A stretch of DNA of 63,984 nt, counting the filler, from an uncultured bacterium (lineage in GTDB: Bacteria; DAOPZR01), in assembly GCA_964637655.1 (NCBI GenBank). It is 9 parts of 9 records of this genome, joined end to end, with 100 filler letters (N's around TTAATTAATTAA, not from the genome) between each part and the next. Parts side by side here need not be neighbours in the genome. Positions count along the whole stretch, not along the records: positions 7,791 to 15,369 come from CAZWUZ010000189.1; positions 15,470 to 22,993 come from CAZWUZ010000190.1; 7 more parts are not named here. The stretch is one strand, 5' to 3'. The notes under the pieces were generated by a model that worked only from the letters and a program-made list of their open reading frames with translations, had not been told where the DNA came from and ran no database searches. Each line of letters begins with the position of its first letter. Positions within the stretch are counted from its first letter, which is position 1. Shown here in pieces: positions 11,748 through 22,354 of this stretch. The translations under genes and the position numbers were made by a program.

Positions 11748-13217
11748 ATGCCGAAACGAGACACCATTGCGCTGGTATATGCCACCACCAGCCTGATTCC
11801 CTATCATGCCCATTCCCCGCTCTCCATACTTGCCACGGGGGCTTATCTCGAAGGAGCCGGGTTCCGGGTTATCTACTTCGACGAGCGATTCGACAAAGCG
11901 CATACGTTCTTCACTGAACTTTCAACCGCGCGCGCGCGCCTGTTGTACATCGGTTTTTCGCTGATCGCCTCGCCACAGATAACCGCGGCGCTCGCACTGG
12001 CCCGCCGCTGCGCCCGGTTCTGCCCGGAGGTGCCCCGCATTTTCGGCGGGGTGCATCCGACGCTGGTCCCGGAGTCGGTGCTGGCTCATCCGCTTGCTGA
12101 TGCGGTTATCCTCGGCGAAGGCGAGATTCCAGCCCTTGCACTGGCCCAGTCCCTGGCTCGCGGAGAGGCGCGCCCTGCCATCGCCAATGTTATCTTCCGC
12201 GGTATGACAACAGCAACGGAGGACTTTGTCCCGTCAGTACTCCCCGCCGCGCTGCTCCCGTTTCCCTATGCCACCGCCTACGGTGCTGCACTGCTGCAAC
12301 GATGTCCGCCGCTTTCGATCAGCTACGAACTGTCACGCGGCTGTCCCTGCCGGTGCGCCTTCTGCTACAACGTCGCTTTCCGTCACAGTATCCCCCGCAC
12401 CAAGCCGCTGGCCACGGTCATTGCCGAACTGCGTGAACTGCATGCGCGGGGGGTGCGCCGGTTGCAGTTCGTTGACGATAATTTTTCCGGCGGGCGCGCA
12501 TATCTGGACCAGTTGCTGGCCGTGCTGCGCGAACTGGATTTCCGCTGGAGTCTCGGCCTTTCCATCACGCAAATCGATGCGCCGCTGGTCAACGCGCTCA
12601 ACACCAGCGGGTGCGAGTGGCTCTTCTTCGGTCTCGAAGCACTCGACGACCGCCTGCTCGCGGCCGTGGACAAGCCGCAAACCGCAGCCGGCATCATGGC
12701 CGGCGTGCGCGCACTACGAGACGCGCGCTTCGCCGTTACCTACTCTTTCATCAGCGGCTTTCCACCGCCGCTGGCCGGCAACGACGAGCGGGCCGAGCTT
12801 GCCCGGTCAATGGCGGACGCCCGCCGCATTAACGAATTGCATCCGACCGCTGAGATAGTCATCCAGCCATACCTCCCGGTCCCCCGTACCCCGCTTGAAG
12901 GAATGGCCCGGGCCCACGGCTATGTTCCACCGGCGCAGCTCACCGATTGGGCTCGCCATACCGCCGACCACACGCGCATGCCATGGCACCGTCACCCTCG
13001 CCGGTTCCGCTTTCTCTACCTGATTTCATTCCTCGCCTTCCGGCATCAGCGCACCAATAAGACCCAACCACTCACCTTGCCGCTTATCGTCCTTCACTAC
13101 ATCGCACGCTGGCGCTGGCGACACGACTGTTTTGCTTTTCCAGTCGAGCTCGGGTTGCTGCGTTTGTACGAACTGCCGGCGCGTTTGCTGCTCTGGTGGC
13201 GCAACTGCACGGCATGA
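11748..13217 (+). CDS. Cobalamin-binding (B12-dependent) radical SAM protein
   Basis: N-terminal B12 domain (FGGVHPT, VILGEGE), SRGCPCRCAFC, FVDDNF; RBS GGGAGG. Confidence 0.88.
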   Translation: MPKRDTIALVYATTSLIPYHAHSPLSILATGAYLEGAGFRVIYFDERFDKAHTFFTELSTARARLLYIGFSLIASPQITAALALARRCARFCPEVPRIFGGVHPTLVPESVLAHPLADAVILGEGEIPALALAQSLARGEARPAIANVIFRGMTTATEDFVPSVLPAALLPFPYATAYGAALLQRCPPLSISYELSRGCPCRCAFCYNVAFRHSIPRTKPLATVIAELRELHARGVRRLQFVDDNFSGGRAYLDQLLAVLRELDFRWSLGLSITQIDAPLVNALNTSGCEWLFFGLEALDDRLLAAVDKPQTAAGIMAGVRALRDARFAVTYSFISGFPPPLAGNDERAELARSMADARRINELHPTAEIVIQPYLPVPRTPLEGMARAHGYVPPAQLTDWARHTADHTRMPWHRHPRRFRFLYLISFLAFRHQRTNKTQPLTLPLIVLHYIARWRWRHDCFAFPVELGLLRLYELPARLLLWWRNCTA

Positions 13218-14239
13218 AACAGTCCTTGACGGTCAGCATCGTTATTCCTGCCCGCAACGCCGCCGACACTCTCCCCGTGCTCTTTTCTTCTCTTGTCGCC
13301 GGGCACGATAAACCGGAAGAAATCATTGTTGTTGACGACGCGTCCAGGGATGACACCGCGGCCGTCTGCCACGCTGCCGGCGTCCGCTGTCTCACCCTGC
13401 CCGAAAACCGCGGTCCGGCTGCCGCCCGCAATACCGGCGCCCGCTCCGTTAGCGGTGATATACTGCTTTTCCTTGATGCGGATGTTGCAGTGATGGCCGA
13501 TACGATCGCCATCTGCCGCACTGTCTTTGCTGATCCTGCTGTACGGGTGCTGGTCGGCGTGTACGATCTTACCCCGCTCAATCCCGGTTTGTTCGCCGAT
13601 TACAAAGCGCTGCACATCCATACCTTCATCAGCAGCGATACTACGACCGACAGCCTCGAAGGATTCTGTTGTGCCATACGACGCGATGTATTTGTGACCA
13701 GCGGCGGATTTGCCGAGTGGTTGCGCACAGCGAGCATCGAAGATCTGGAGTACGGGCATCGCTTGCTTCGCAACGGGCCGCTGCATTTCAGCCGGGCGCT
13801 GCGGGTCCGCCACCGTTTTCCCGGCTTCTGGCGCAATGCCCGGCTGTATTTCACCCGCACCTGTGCATCGACTGTCTACGGACTGCAGGTGCGTTACCCG
13901 ATGGGAGAGTCAAGTTTCCTGCTGCCGGGTATCGGTTCGCTGGCCGCAGCCGCCCTTTGCTGCCTGTTCCCTGCGCTCGCTTTTTCCGTGCTTCGCCCGT
14001 ATGTGCTGCTGCTGCTACTGCTCCCGGCAGGCGGACTGTTCCTGCTCGGCTCCTGGCGTCTGCTTGCTAACATCATCCGTCACAAGGGGTGGGGGTGGCT
14101 GCTGGCGGTCCTGCCGCTGCACTTCGGCTCCTATGCCGCGATCGGGTTCGGAATGTTGGCCGGGTTCTTCGCTTTTTTCTGTGGCCGGCGGATACTGCTC
14201 CCCGCCACCGAAACGCATTCAACGCGGCTGCAGCAGTGA
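13214..14239 (+). CDS. Glycosyltransferase family 2
   Basis: SIVIPARN, IIVVDDASRD, GPAAARN, LLFLDAD, EDLE; C-terminal TMs. Confidence 0.9.
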   Translation: MKQSLTVSIVIPARNAADTLPVLFSSLVAGHDKPEEIIVVDDASRDDTAAVCHAAGVRCLTLPENRGPAAARNTGARSVSGDILLFLDADVAVMADTIAICRTVFADPAVRVLVGVYDLTPLNPGLFADYKALHIHTFISSDTTTDSLEGFCCAIRRDVFVTSGGFAEWLRTASIEDLEYGHRLLRNGPLHFSRALRVRHRFPGFWRNARLYFTRTCASTVYGLQVRYPMGESSFLLPGIGSLAAAALCCLFPALAFSVLRPYVLLLLLLPAGGLFLLGSWRLLANIIRHKGWGWLLAVLPLHFGSYAAIGFGMLAGFFAFFCGRRILLPATETHSTRLQQ

Positions 14240-15369
14240 CATGACCGCCGGTATCCCGGTCAGCCGCCTCTCCCGACCGGTTCCTGTCTCCTGTACCCGC
14301 CAGGTCCCGTCAGCAGGGATAACCAGCACCACCCGCGTCGCAGGAAAGCGCTGCCAGGTATCGGAGAGTTCCCGCACGAGGCGATCACGCTCCGCTGCCA
14401 TACGTCCGTCCACCGACGCACAGCGCCACAGGAGAATATCCCAATCGCTGCAGGCGCCAAGGTACTTGGCTGCGTGGTACTGCTGCAGCCATTGTCCCTC
14501 CGTTCCGTCATATCCCTGTACCCGCGCCTGCTCCGCCACTGCCGGAGGCCATGACAGCGAACCTGCGGTGCCCAGCACCCAGCCGCGAAAGCCCGCAGCC
14601 GGCGGCGCCGCCAGCAGGGTATTGACAGCTACCACCACCGGCTGCGGTGGCGGCGCGGCGGTCAGCCGCGCAAGCAGGGTGTCAACAACACCCGGAACCG
14701 TTTCCCCCGCCAGTTCGATAACTGCAAGCCGCTTCTTGCCGGTATCCGGAACTTCCTCGGGCAGCGCATGCGCCGCCCAGGAATACGGCACCAGCGGCAG
14801 GCGCGGATGGCGAATGATGCTCCCTGCGCGCTCCCGCCAGACAGGGTCGGCAGCGACAGTCCCCAGCAGCACACACAGCAGTGCGCATGGCAGCAGCGGT
14901 GTCAGCCGTACCCGCAATGCCGTCGGCTGCCGTCGCCGCCGCGCGACAACTGCCAACCCTACGGTCATGAGAAAAAGCACCAGCCCCGCTACCGCCGACC
15001 ACGGCATGAAGGTAAGTACCACGGCATGGCGGCCAGCCGGCAGCTCGACGGCAAGCAGTCCCTGCGCAGCGCGCACGGTCCCGACCGTCGTTTGCCAGCC
15101 GGGAAAGTAGTTCTGGTTGACCACCAGGATCCCGGGCACCGTAAAATCAACCGTGAAACGGAGCACTTGCGGTGAAAACTCAGCCGCCGCGATACGGTTG
15201 CGCGGATCGGGCGCATACCATTCACCACGGTATTCCGGCGCTTCCGCCGGCTGCGCCCGGCGCGGCAGCGCGATATCGTTGAACAGCGTTGTGTTCCCCT
15301 GCCCGGCCCAGATACGCGGGAACACCCGGGCATTGCGGTTCTCCCCGTCATGCTGGCGGAACGGCGGGC
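14219..15369 (-). CDS. YfhO-like membrane protein, C-terminal part (5' truncated)
   Basis: GILVVNQNYFPGWQ..AVELPAGRHAVVLTF followed by TM; frame open to the contig edge. Confidence 0.6.
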
Positions 15370-15471
15370 NNNNNNNNNNNNNNNNNNNNNNNNNNNNNNN
15401 NNNNNNNNNNNNNTTAATTAATTAANNNNNNNNNNNNNNNNNNNNNNNNNNNNNNNNNNNNNNNNNNNNCC

Positions 15472-16011
15472 AACCTCGCGGTCATCTTCGCGCAGGGGGG
15501 GAAGAAGACGATGGTGCTGAGCTGCAACCTGCGCCACCCTGGTGTCTACAAGACCTATGGCCTCAAGAAGAAGCCGGGGATCACGGACATCCTGGTGGGG
15601 AGCATCGGCTGGCGGGAGGCGGTGCAGGACCCGGGGATCGACAACCTGAGCGTGCTGACGGCGGGCCCGTACCCGCCCAACCCGGCGGAACTGCTCGATT
15701 CCCCCGAGTTCGAGCGTTTGCTGCAGGAATTGCGTCAGGAATATGATATCATCCTGATTGACTCACCGCCGGTGCTGCCGGTGACGGACGCGGCGGTTAT
15801 CGGGGCGAAGGCGGACGGCATCATGCTGATTTACTTCGCGGGGAAGGCGGCGCGCGAGGCGCTGCTGCGCGCGAAGGTGCAGTTGGAAAGCGTCAACGGC
15901 AACATCATCGGGGTGGTGCTCAACCGCATCCAGCCCGAAGGGAAGCTCGGCTACACGTATTATTACCACTACCAGTACCGCTACTACGGCCCCAAGGAAC
16001 CGGTGGCGTAG
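15472..16011 (+). CDS. Wzc/CpsD-type bacterial tyrosine kinase, C-terminal part (5' truncated)
   Basis: PPNPAELL, IILIDSPPVLPVTDA, GVVLN, Tyr cluster YTYYYHYQYRYY. Confidence 0.9.
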   Translation, partial: NLAVIFAQGGKKTMVLSCNLRHPGVYKTYGLKKKPGITDILVGSIGWREAVQDPGIDNLSVLTAGPYPPNPAELLDSPEFERLLQELRQEYDIILIDSPPVLPVTDAAVIGAKADGIMLIYFAGKAAREALLRAKVQLESVNGNIIGVVLNRIQPEGKLGYTYYYHYQYRYYGPKEPVA

Positions 16012-16023
16012 CGGGAAAACGCG

Positions 16024-16051
16024 TCAAGCGGCGGGTCTGACCCGCCGATAC
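16024..16051 (+). promoter_or_regulatory. Possible sigma28 (FliA/SigD)-type promoter TCAAG-N15-GCCGATAC with palindromic spacer
   Basis: GCCGATA -10 match; palindrome CGGCGGGTC-T-GACCCGCCG at 16029-16047. Confidence 0.4.
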
Positions 16052-16094
16052 GAATACTGCGGGGGCAGGGGAAGCCGCCGCGCAGGGACGGTTG

Positions 16095-18326
16095 ATGGCG
16101 CAATACGAGTTGTCCTTTCAGGATTATTTCCGGATTTTCCGCAAGCGGTGGCTGATTGTCGCCCTGTCGGTACTGGTCGCGGTGTTGTTCTGCCATCTGT
16201 ACCAGAAACTGCAGGACCCCATCTACCAGAGCACGGCGACCATCCAGGTGGTGCAGCGCAACACGCTTGCCGGCCTGCTTTCCGACAACTTGCTTCGTCA
16301 GGGCGATGTCATGCATACCTCGCTCGACATCATCCGCAGCGCGGCCATCCTTGAGGAGGTGGCGCGCGCCATCGGGCTGCTTGACGCGTCGACCACGCCC
16401 GAGCAGAAACGCCAGCACCTGGCCGCGCTCAAGGGGTGGATCTTCCCGTCGCGCAAGGCCAATACCGAGCTGATCGACATCGTCGTCAAGGGGAACGACC
16501 CGTACAAGGTCTGCCGCATCGCCGACGAGACCGCCCGCGCCTACCAGCGCTACGACACGGCGCGTGAGAAGGCGGAAGCGCAGGCAGTGCGCATCTTCGT
16601 CCAGGATCAGTTGCGCGAGGCGCAGTTGAAACTGAACGAGGCGGAAGCGGAGATGATCGAGCTGCAGAAGGCGCAGTACGGCACGCAGCTTGATGACAAT
16701 ACCGAACTGACGGTCAAGTCGCTGGCCCAGCTGCAGACCGACTGGATGACGGCGCGGCAGCAGCGGCAGGAGCGGGAAATCACCCTCGCCAAGATGCAGG
16801 ACCTGCTGCGCCGCGGCGAGTACCGCAACCTCGGCGCGGCGTTCACCGGGGACGGTGACCCGCTCGCGGTCGACCTGCGGCGCAAACTCGCCGCGCAGCA
16901 GAACCAGCTGACCGAACTGCTCAAGGAGTACACCGACGCGCATCCCGCGATCATCGACCTGCGCGAGCAGATCACCGCGACCCAGGCGCAGGTGCGCCAG
17001 GAAGTGATGCGCTCGGTCAGCCAGCGCGAGGAGGCGCTGCAGGTCGAGATCGACATCCTGCGCACCAAGGAAAGCGCGCTGGCGGAGAAGATGAACCGCC
17101 TCAACGCGCGCCTGAGCACGCTCCCGGCCCATCAGCAGCAGGTGGCGGGAGTGCAGCGCCGCGTCACGGTCTATGCCGATATCGTCTCGATGCTGACCCG
17201 CGAACTCGAGCAGAAGCGCATCACCGAGGCGTCGCAGGTCAGCGGCATCACGGTCATCCAGGCGGCGACGCCCAATCCGGGCGCGCTCATCTACCCGCGC
17301 GGGCAGTCGACGCTGCTGACCGGGGCGCTCATCGGGCTGATCCTCGGCATCGCCTTCGCCTTCATCGTCGAATCGCTCGACACGTCGATCGCCACCATCG
17401 AGGACGTCGAGAAGTACACGGGCAAGTCGGTCATCGGGGTCATCCCGCACATCGATATCGAAGGGGAAGTCAAGCGCAAGCGGCGCATGGTCTTCCGCGT
17501 GCAGCGCGAGAAGGCGTCGATCAGCGACCTGCAGCAGCGCCTGACCGACATGGAAAAGGACCTCGCGCCCGAGGGCGGGGAACCGCGGCTCGACGCCCGG
17601 CTCATCACCTTCTACGACCCGAAGTCGCCCATCTCCGAGGCCTACCGCACCCTGCGCACCAACATCCTCTACCTCGACCAGGCCAAGCACTCCAAGGTGT
17701 TTGTCATGACGTCGTCGGGGCCGCAGGAAGGGAAGACGACGACCATCTCCAATCTCGGCATCACCATGGCGCAGATGGGGGCGAAGACGCTGCTGCTCGG
17801 CTGCAACCTGCGCCGCCCGCAGCTCTACAAGATCTTCGGGGTGCCCAAGCGCAACGGCGTGGTCGATATCATCAAGGGGGGACTGCCGTGGCAGGAGGCG
17901 GTCAAGCCGACGGGCATCGACAACCTCTCGATCATCACCTGCGGCGGCATCCCGCCCAACCCGTCGGAACTGCTTTCCAGCAACGAGATGACCGCGCTGC
18001 TGCGCGACCTGCGCACGCATTACGATTACGTGCTTATCGACAGCCCGCCGCTGCTGCCGGTGACCGATGCCGCCATCATCGGCTCGAAGGCGGATTGCGC
18101 GGTGCTCGTCTACTTCATCGGCAAGGCGGCACGTGAAGCGCTGCTGCGTGCCAAGGTCATGCTCGAAAACGTGCATGCCAACGTGCTCGGTATCGTGCTC
18201 AACGACCTCGCCTCGAAGGCGGAACTCGGGCGCGGTTCCTACTACTACTATTACTACCACTACCGCTACTACGGCAATGAGCGGCGCGAAAAGGCCCCGC
18301 TCCCCGGCGGTGCGGAGCGGACATGA
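16095..18326 (+). CDS. wzc: Polysaccharide co-polymerase/tyrosine autokinase (Wzc/GumC family)
   Basis: Wzz-type N-terminus with two TMs and coiled coil, EAYRTLRTN, Walker A GPQEGKTT, LIDSPP, Tyr cluster YYYYYYHYRYY. Confidence 0.92.
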   Translation: MAQYELSFQDYFRIFRKRWLIVALSVLVAVLFCHLYQKLQDPIYQSTATIQVVQRNTLAGLLSDNLLRQGDVMHTSLDIIRSAAILEEVARAIGLLDASTTPEQKRQHLAALKGWIFPSRKANTELIDIVVKGNDPYKVCRIADETARAYQRYDTAREKAEAQAVRIFVQDQLREAQLKLNEAEAEMIELQKAQYGTQLDDNTELTVKSLAQLQTDWMTARQQRQEREITLAKMQDLLRRGEYRNLGAAFTGDGDPLAVDLRRKLAAQQNQLTELLKEYTDAHPAIIDLREQITATQAQVRQEVMRSVSQREEALQVEIDILRTKESALAEKMNRLNARLSTLPAHQQQVAGVQRRVTVYADIVSMLTRELEQKRITEASQVSGITVIQAATPNPGALIYPRGQSTLLTGALIGLILGIAFAFIVESLDTSIATIEDVEKYTGKSVIGVIPHIDIEGEVKRKRRMVFRVQREKASISDLQQRLTDMEKDLAPEGGEPRLDARLITFYDPKSPISEAYRTLRTNILYLDQAKHSKVFVMTSSGPQEGKTTTISNLGITMAQMGAKTLLLGCNLRRPQLYKIFGVPKRNGVVDIIKGGLPWQEAVKPTGIDNLSIITCGGIPPNPSELLSSNEMTALLRDLRTHYDYVLIDSPPLLPVTDAAIIGSKADCAVLVYFIGKAAREALLRAKVMLENVHANVLGIVLNDLASKAELGRGSYYYYYYHYRYYGNERREKAPLPGGAERT

Positions 18327-19108
18327 GGCGGCTGCCGTTCTGCCTGCTGCTGGTCCTGCTGGCCGGGTGCAGCGTTCCCGGCTGCCCGCGCGGCGAGCAA
18401 CTGCCGGCCACTCCGGCTGCCGGCCCGGCCGCTGATCCGGCGGCCGAGGCCGCGATAGATGAGGTGATTCAGCAGGCGCAGGCGCTCTATCAGGGACAGG
18501 ACAGCCCGTTCATCCCCGAACGTGACTACGATGTGGTGCTGGCGCTGTTGCGGACCGGGGTGCAGAAATACGGAGCGGCGGCGGCGGCGGCGAAACTGCA
18601 GCTGATGCTGGCGGATATCACCGTCGAGCGGCAGAAATACTACAACAACCGGGAAATGGTCGTCTTCCAGCAGCTGTCGGCGGACGAGGTCAACCGCCGT
18701 CTGCAGGGGCAACGCGGGGCCGGTTCGACCTTCGACGAGGCACTGCAGCATGCGGAAGGGTTCGACACCGCCTGCCGTGAATACGAGACGGTCATCACCC
18801 AATGGCCGCGCAGCCCCGAGGCGCCGGTGGCCCTCTACAAACTCGCGGACCTGCACGCGGCGACGTTCAATCGCAGCCGCGACCTCGAACGGGCGGCCTT
18901 TTACTATCGCAAACTGACCTCCGAATATTCCAACGCCAGCAACGGTGACTGGGCCCTGTACAGCCTGGGGTTGACCTACCGGGAGATGGGGCGCACCGCG
19001 GAGGCGCAGGAAATGTTCCGCAAACTGCTGAACGACTACCCGCAGTTTCCCGCCGAGCAGCGCCTGCTGATCCAGAAGTACCTCGACCAGCCGCCGGCGC
19101 TGCCGTAG
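18323..19108 (+). CDS. TPR-repeat lipoprotein (BamD/YfiO-like)
   Basis: Lipobox LLAGC; TPR-like repeats (WPRSPEAPVALYKLA, ALYSLGLTY..LLNDYP). Confidence 0.7.
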   Translation: MRRLPFCLLLVLLAGCSVPGCPRGEQLPATPAAGPAADPAAEAAIDEVIQQAQALYQGQDSPFIPERDYDVVLALLRTGVQKYGAAAAAAKLQLMLADITVERQKYYNNREMVVFQQLSADEVNRRLQGQRGAGSTFDEALQHAEGFDTACREYETVITQWPRSPEAPVALYKLADLHAATFNRSRDLERAAFYYRKLTSEYSNASNGDWALYSLGLTYREMGRTAEAQEMFRKLLNDYPQFPAEQRLLIQKYLDQPPALP

Positions 19109-19125
19109 CGGCGCGGGGTTCCCTG

Positions 19126-20559
19126 ATGGAATCCAATAACGCCGTCCATATCGTCGCCGCGCTGCTCATCGCCGGCATCGCCATCCTGCTGTCGCAGTCG
19201 ATGGTGGCGGGAAATGCCGACTGGGCGATCATCGGCGGTTTCGGCGCCATGTGTGCCATTATTGCGCTGATCAGCCCCTCCACGGGACTCTATCTCATCA
19301 TCGTCGCCATGATGTTCTCACCCGAGATCCCGTTCATGGACATCATTCCGGGCGGCGGGCGGCGCGCCGTGGTCCGTTTTGACGACCTGATCATCGTCTT
19401 TGTCACCATCTCCTGGCTGCTGTCAAAGATCATCCGCCGCGAAGGCAAACACCTGCACCGCACCCCGCTCGACCTGCCAATCGTCTTCTTCATTTTCACC
19501 TGCGCCCTGTCGACGGCGCGCGGCGTACTTATCAACCAGGTCTACCCGATGAAGGGGTTCTTCTACGTGCTGAAACTGACAGAGTACATTCTCATCTACT
19601 ACATGGTGGTCAACAACACGCACAGCACGGTGCAGGTGCGCAACTTCATCAAGCTCTTTTTCTTCGTCGCGTTCGCGGTATCATTATACGGCTACCTGCA
19701 GCTGGGTGACGGGGCGGTGCGTGTCTCGGCGCCGTTCGAGGGGGAGGCGGAGCCGAACACCTACGGCGGTTACTTCGTCTTCATGTTCTGCATGATTTTC
19801 GCCTTTGTTATTGCCCCGGTGCGCGGGTTCAATCGCTTTGCGCATTTCCTGCTGCTGCTCATCATCATCCCGCCGTATCTGTACACGTTGTCGCGCGGGT
19901 CGTATCTCGCCTTTTTCCCCGCCATCATCGCCATGTTCTGGTTTGCCCCGGCCGGCAAGAAGAAACTGCCCATTGTTCTGCTGCTGGCGTCCGTACTCGC
20001 CATCCCGCTGCTCCCGGCGACGGTGAAAAAGCGGGTTGAGTATACATTCAGCGGCCGGACTACCTACAACCTGCCGGCCTTCGGCGGGGAGACAAACCAG
20101 GTGCGGCTCGACAAGTCGTCGGTGGCGCGGCTGCAGACCTGGGACACGGTGATGGGCTACTGGATGCAGTATCCCATCCTCGGGCTGGGCATCACCGGTG
20201 CCGGGTTCATCGATTCGCAGTGGATGCGCACCATCGGCGAACTCGGCCTGCTGGGGATTATCGCCGCCATCTGGCTCTTCCGCTCGTTCATCGCCAACGT
20301 GCTGCGTCTCTACCGGGTGCATTATGACCGTGAGGATGATCTCGGGTTCACGCTCGGGCTGGGGTATCTCGGCGGGCTGGTCGGACTGATGATTCATGCG
20401 GTGACCGCCAACACCTTCTACATCGTGCGCATCATGGGTCCGTTCTGGTTTTTCACCGGGCTGATTGTCATGCTGCAGAAATTTGAAGCCGATAAAGTGC
20501 CTGCGGAGGAGACGGGGACGACGGCGCTTCCGCCCCTGCAGCCGGAATGGCGGGCATGA
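19126..20559 (+). CDS. O-antigen ligase/Wzy polymerase family protein
   Basis: Polytopic; RVSAPFEG.AEPN..GGY, TLSRGSYL, S..ARL..W..PILGLG, ELGLLG. Confidence 0.85.
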   Translation: MESNNAVHIVAALLIAGIAILLSQSMVAGNADWAIIGGFGAMCAIIALISPSTGLYLIIVAMMFSPEIPFMDIIPGGGRRAVVRFDDLIIVFVTISWLLSKIIRREGKHLHRTPLDLPIVFFIFTCALSTARGVLINQVYPMKGFFYVLKLTEYILIYYMVVNNTHSTVQVRNFIKLFFFVAFAVSLYGYLQLGDGAVRVSAPFEGEAEPNTYGGYFVFMFCMIFAFVIAPVRGFNRFAHFLLLLIIIPPYLYTLSRGSYLAFFPAIIAMFWFAPAGKKKLPIVLLLASVLAIPLLPATVKKRVEYTFSGRTTYNLPAFGGETNQVRLDKSSVARLQTWDTVMGYWMQYPILGLGITGAGFIDSQWMRTIGELGLLGIIAAIWLFRSFIANVLRLYRVHYDREDDLGFTLGLGYLGGLVGLMIHAVTANTFYIVRIMGPFWFFTGLIVMLQKFEADKVPAEETGTTALPPLQPEWRA

Positions 20560-20759
20560 CGGAGCGCATCCTGCTGCTGCTGCTGCTGGCGGCTGCGCTC
20601 GCCGTGGTTGCCTGGTGCTGGCCCTGGTCGTACCATGCCACGTTCTTTCCGCTGCTCGATGTCAGCGGACACGTGCTGAAGTCGTGGGCGACGCCGCTGA
20701 TCCTGCTGCTGCTGCTTGGCGGCTGCTGCCTGATTGTCCGGCGCGCGTTCTTCCGCTGA
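20556..20759 (+). CDS. Small two-TM membrane protein
   Basis: ATGA overlap with the upstream gene; two hydrophobic segments. Confidence 0.5.
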   Translation: MTERILLLLLLAAALAVVAWCWPWSYHATFFPLLDVSGHVLKSWATPLILLLLLGGCCLIVRRAFFR

Positions 20760-20769
20760 GGGGGGCGCG

Positions 20770-22354
20770 GTGAACCGGCGTCCCGCATCGCTGCTGCTCC
20801 CGGCGCTGCTGCTGCTGGTCATGGTGCTGGCCGGTGCCGCCCTGGCGGCGGCGATGGAGCAGACCTGGCTTCCTCACTTCGCCACGCCCCCTGCCGCGGT
20901 CTGGCTGCGCGTGGCGACCATCATCGAACTGGTGGCGCTTGGTGAACTGCTGCGCCTGCCGCTGCGCTGGCTGGCCGTGGCGCTCCCTTTTGCCTTTCTT
21001 TCGGTGGAGAAGTACGCGTGGGGTTCGGCGTATGTCTGTGCCGTGCTGCTGCTGGTGCTGGCGGCATGGCGGCGTGGGCGTCAGCCGGTCTGGGCGGTCT
21101 GGGCACTCGCCCTGCTGGCGGTGCTGCCGTGGCTGATGCTGCATGGCACGTGGGGCGACGAGTGNNNNNNNNNNTTCACTGGCAACTGACGCCGATCCCA
21201 ATGTCGCCAATCAGTTTGCCGCGAACGATTTTCTGCGCTATGGGCGTCATCTGCGGCTGCCCGACTGGTACGCGGGGAACGCCTTCGGACTGACCCCGCA
21301 CGTGCTGACGTTCGGGTATCTTGCCGCCCTGCTCCCCGGCTGGCTGCTGCTGGGGCGCTACGGTGTGCATCTGCTGCACCTCGCTGCCGCGCTCGGGCTC
21401 TGGTGTGCGGTGCTGCGCTACAGCCGGTTGTTTCCCGTCAACGGTTCCGGCGCGCTGCTGCTGCTGACGACACTGCCGCTGCTCCCCTATACGTTTCATA
21501 TTTATCCTGAGATCATGGCGGCGCTGCTGCTGACAATCATCCTGACGCGGCTGGGCGCAGCCGATGAACCGCGCACAACCGCGCTGCTCATCGCCCTGCT
21601 GCCATGGCTGAACAACCGTTTTCTGCTGCTGGCCCTGCCGCTGGCCGGACTGCTCTGGTGGCGGACGCCGTCACTGCAGCGGCGCACAGCGCTGGCACTG
21701 GTCATCGCGCTGGGTGCGGTACTGGGCATCCTGCAGGCCCCGTACGTGGCGCTGTTGCCGGGGGCCGGGACGGAAACCGCGTATTTTTCCTGGCGGGTGC
21801 ATGTCGGGCTGCTGGGCAATCTCATCGACGGTGAATACGGGGTGCTTCCCTATGCTCCGCTCTGGTTGTTTGCCGGCATCGGGGCGCTGCGCCTCTGGCG
21901 CAGCCGCGCGCGGCCGCGACGGGTGGAAATGCTTATCGCGGCCGGTCCCTACCTGCGGGTGATGTGCGCGTACGAGCGGTTCTGGTACGGCGGGCAGTCG
22001 CCGCCGGCCCGCTTCGTCGCGGCGCTGCTGCCGCTCTGCGTGCCGCTGCTGCTGGCCGGCATCCCGCCGCTGACTGCCCGCTGCCGGCTGCTCTGGCGCG
22101 CGGCGCTGGCCTGGTCGTGGGGGATGGCGTTGTTGCTGCTGCTGGTGCCGTCATGGCGTTTCAATGTCCGGCTTGACGGGCATAACGCGGTGTTGCAGGC
22201 CGTTGATACCCTGACCGGGAGCGACCTGGCGTGGGTGCTGCCGTCGTGGCGCACCCCTGACGACCTGACCTGGCCGCTGACCGGGCTCTGGCTGCTGCTG
22301 GCGCTGGTAGTGCTGCTGGTCTGCTGGCGTGAGTATGGACATGTGGACGTATAA
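20770..22354 (+). CDS. GT-C-like polytopic membrane protein spanning an internal N gap (21165-21174)
   Basis: WGDE before the gap continues as SLATDADPNVANQF after it; IYPE, WYGGQSPPARF motifs. Confidence 0.6.

Noticed and set aside
11748-13217. RiPP cluster around the radical SAM genes
   Set aside because: No precursor peptide, RRE or transporter seen; the context is glycosyltransferases.
15984-18260. Long antisense ORFs (e.g. 15984-18260, 32892-34838, 46923-48836, 57405-59282)
   Set aside because: Shadow ORFs typical of high-GC codon bias, opposite well-supported genes and without recognisable motifs.
20770-21189. Apparent frameshift/pseudogene in the GT-C gene
   Set aside because: The frame change coincides with a 10-N gap of arbitrary length.
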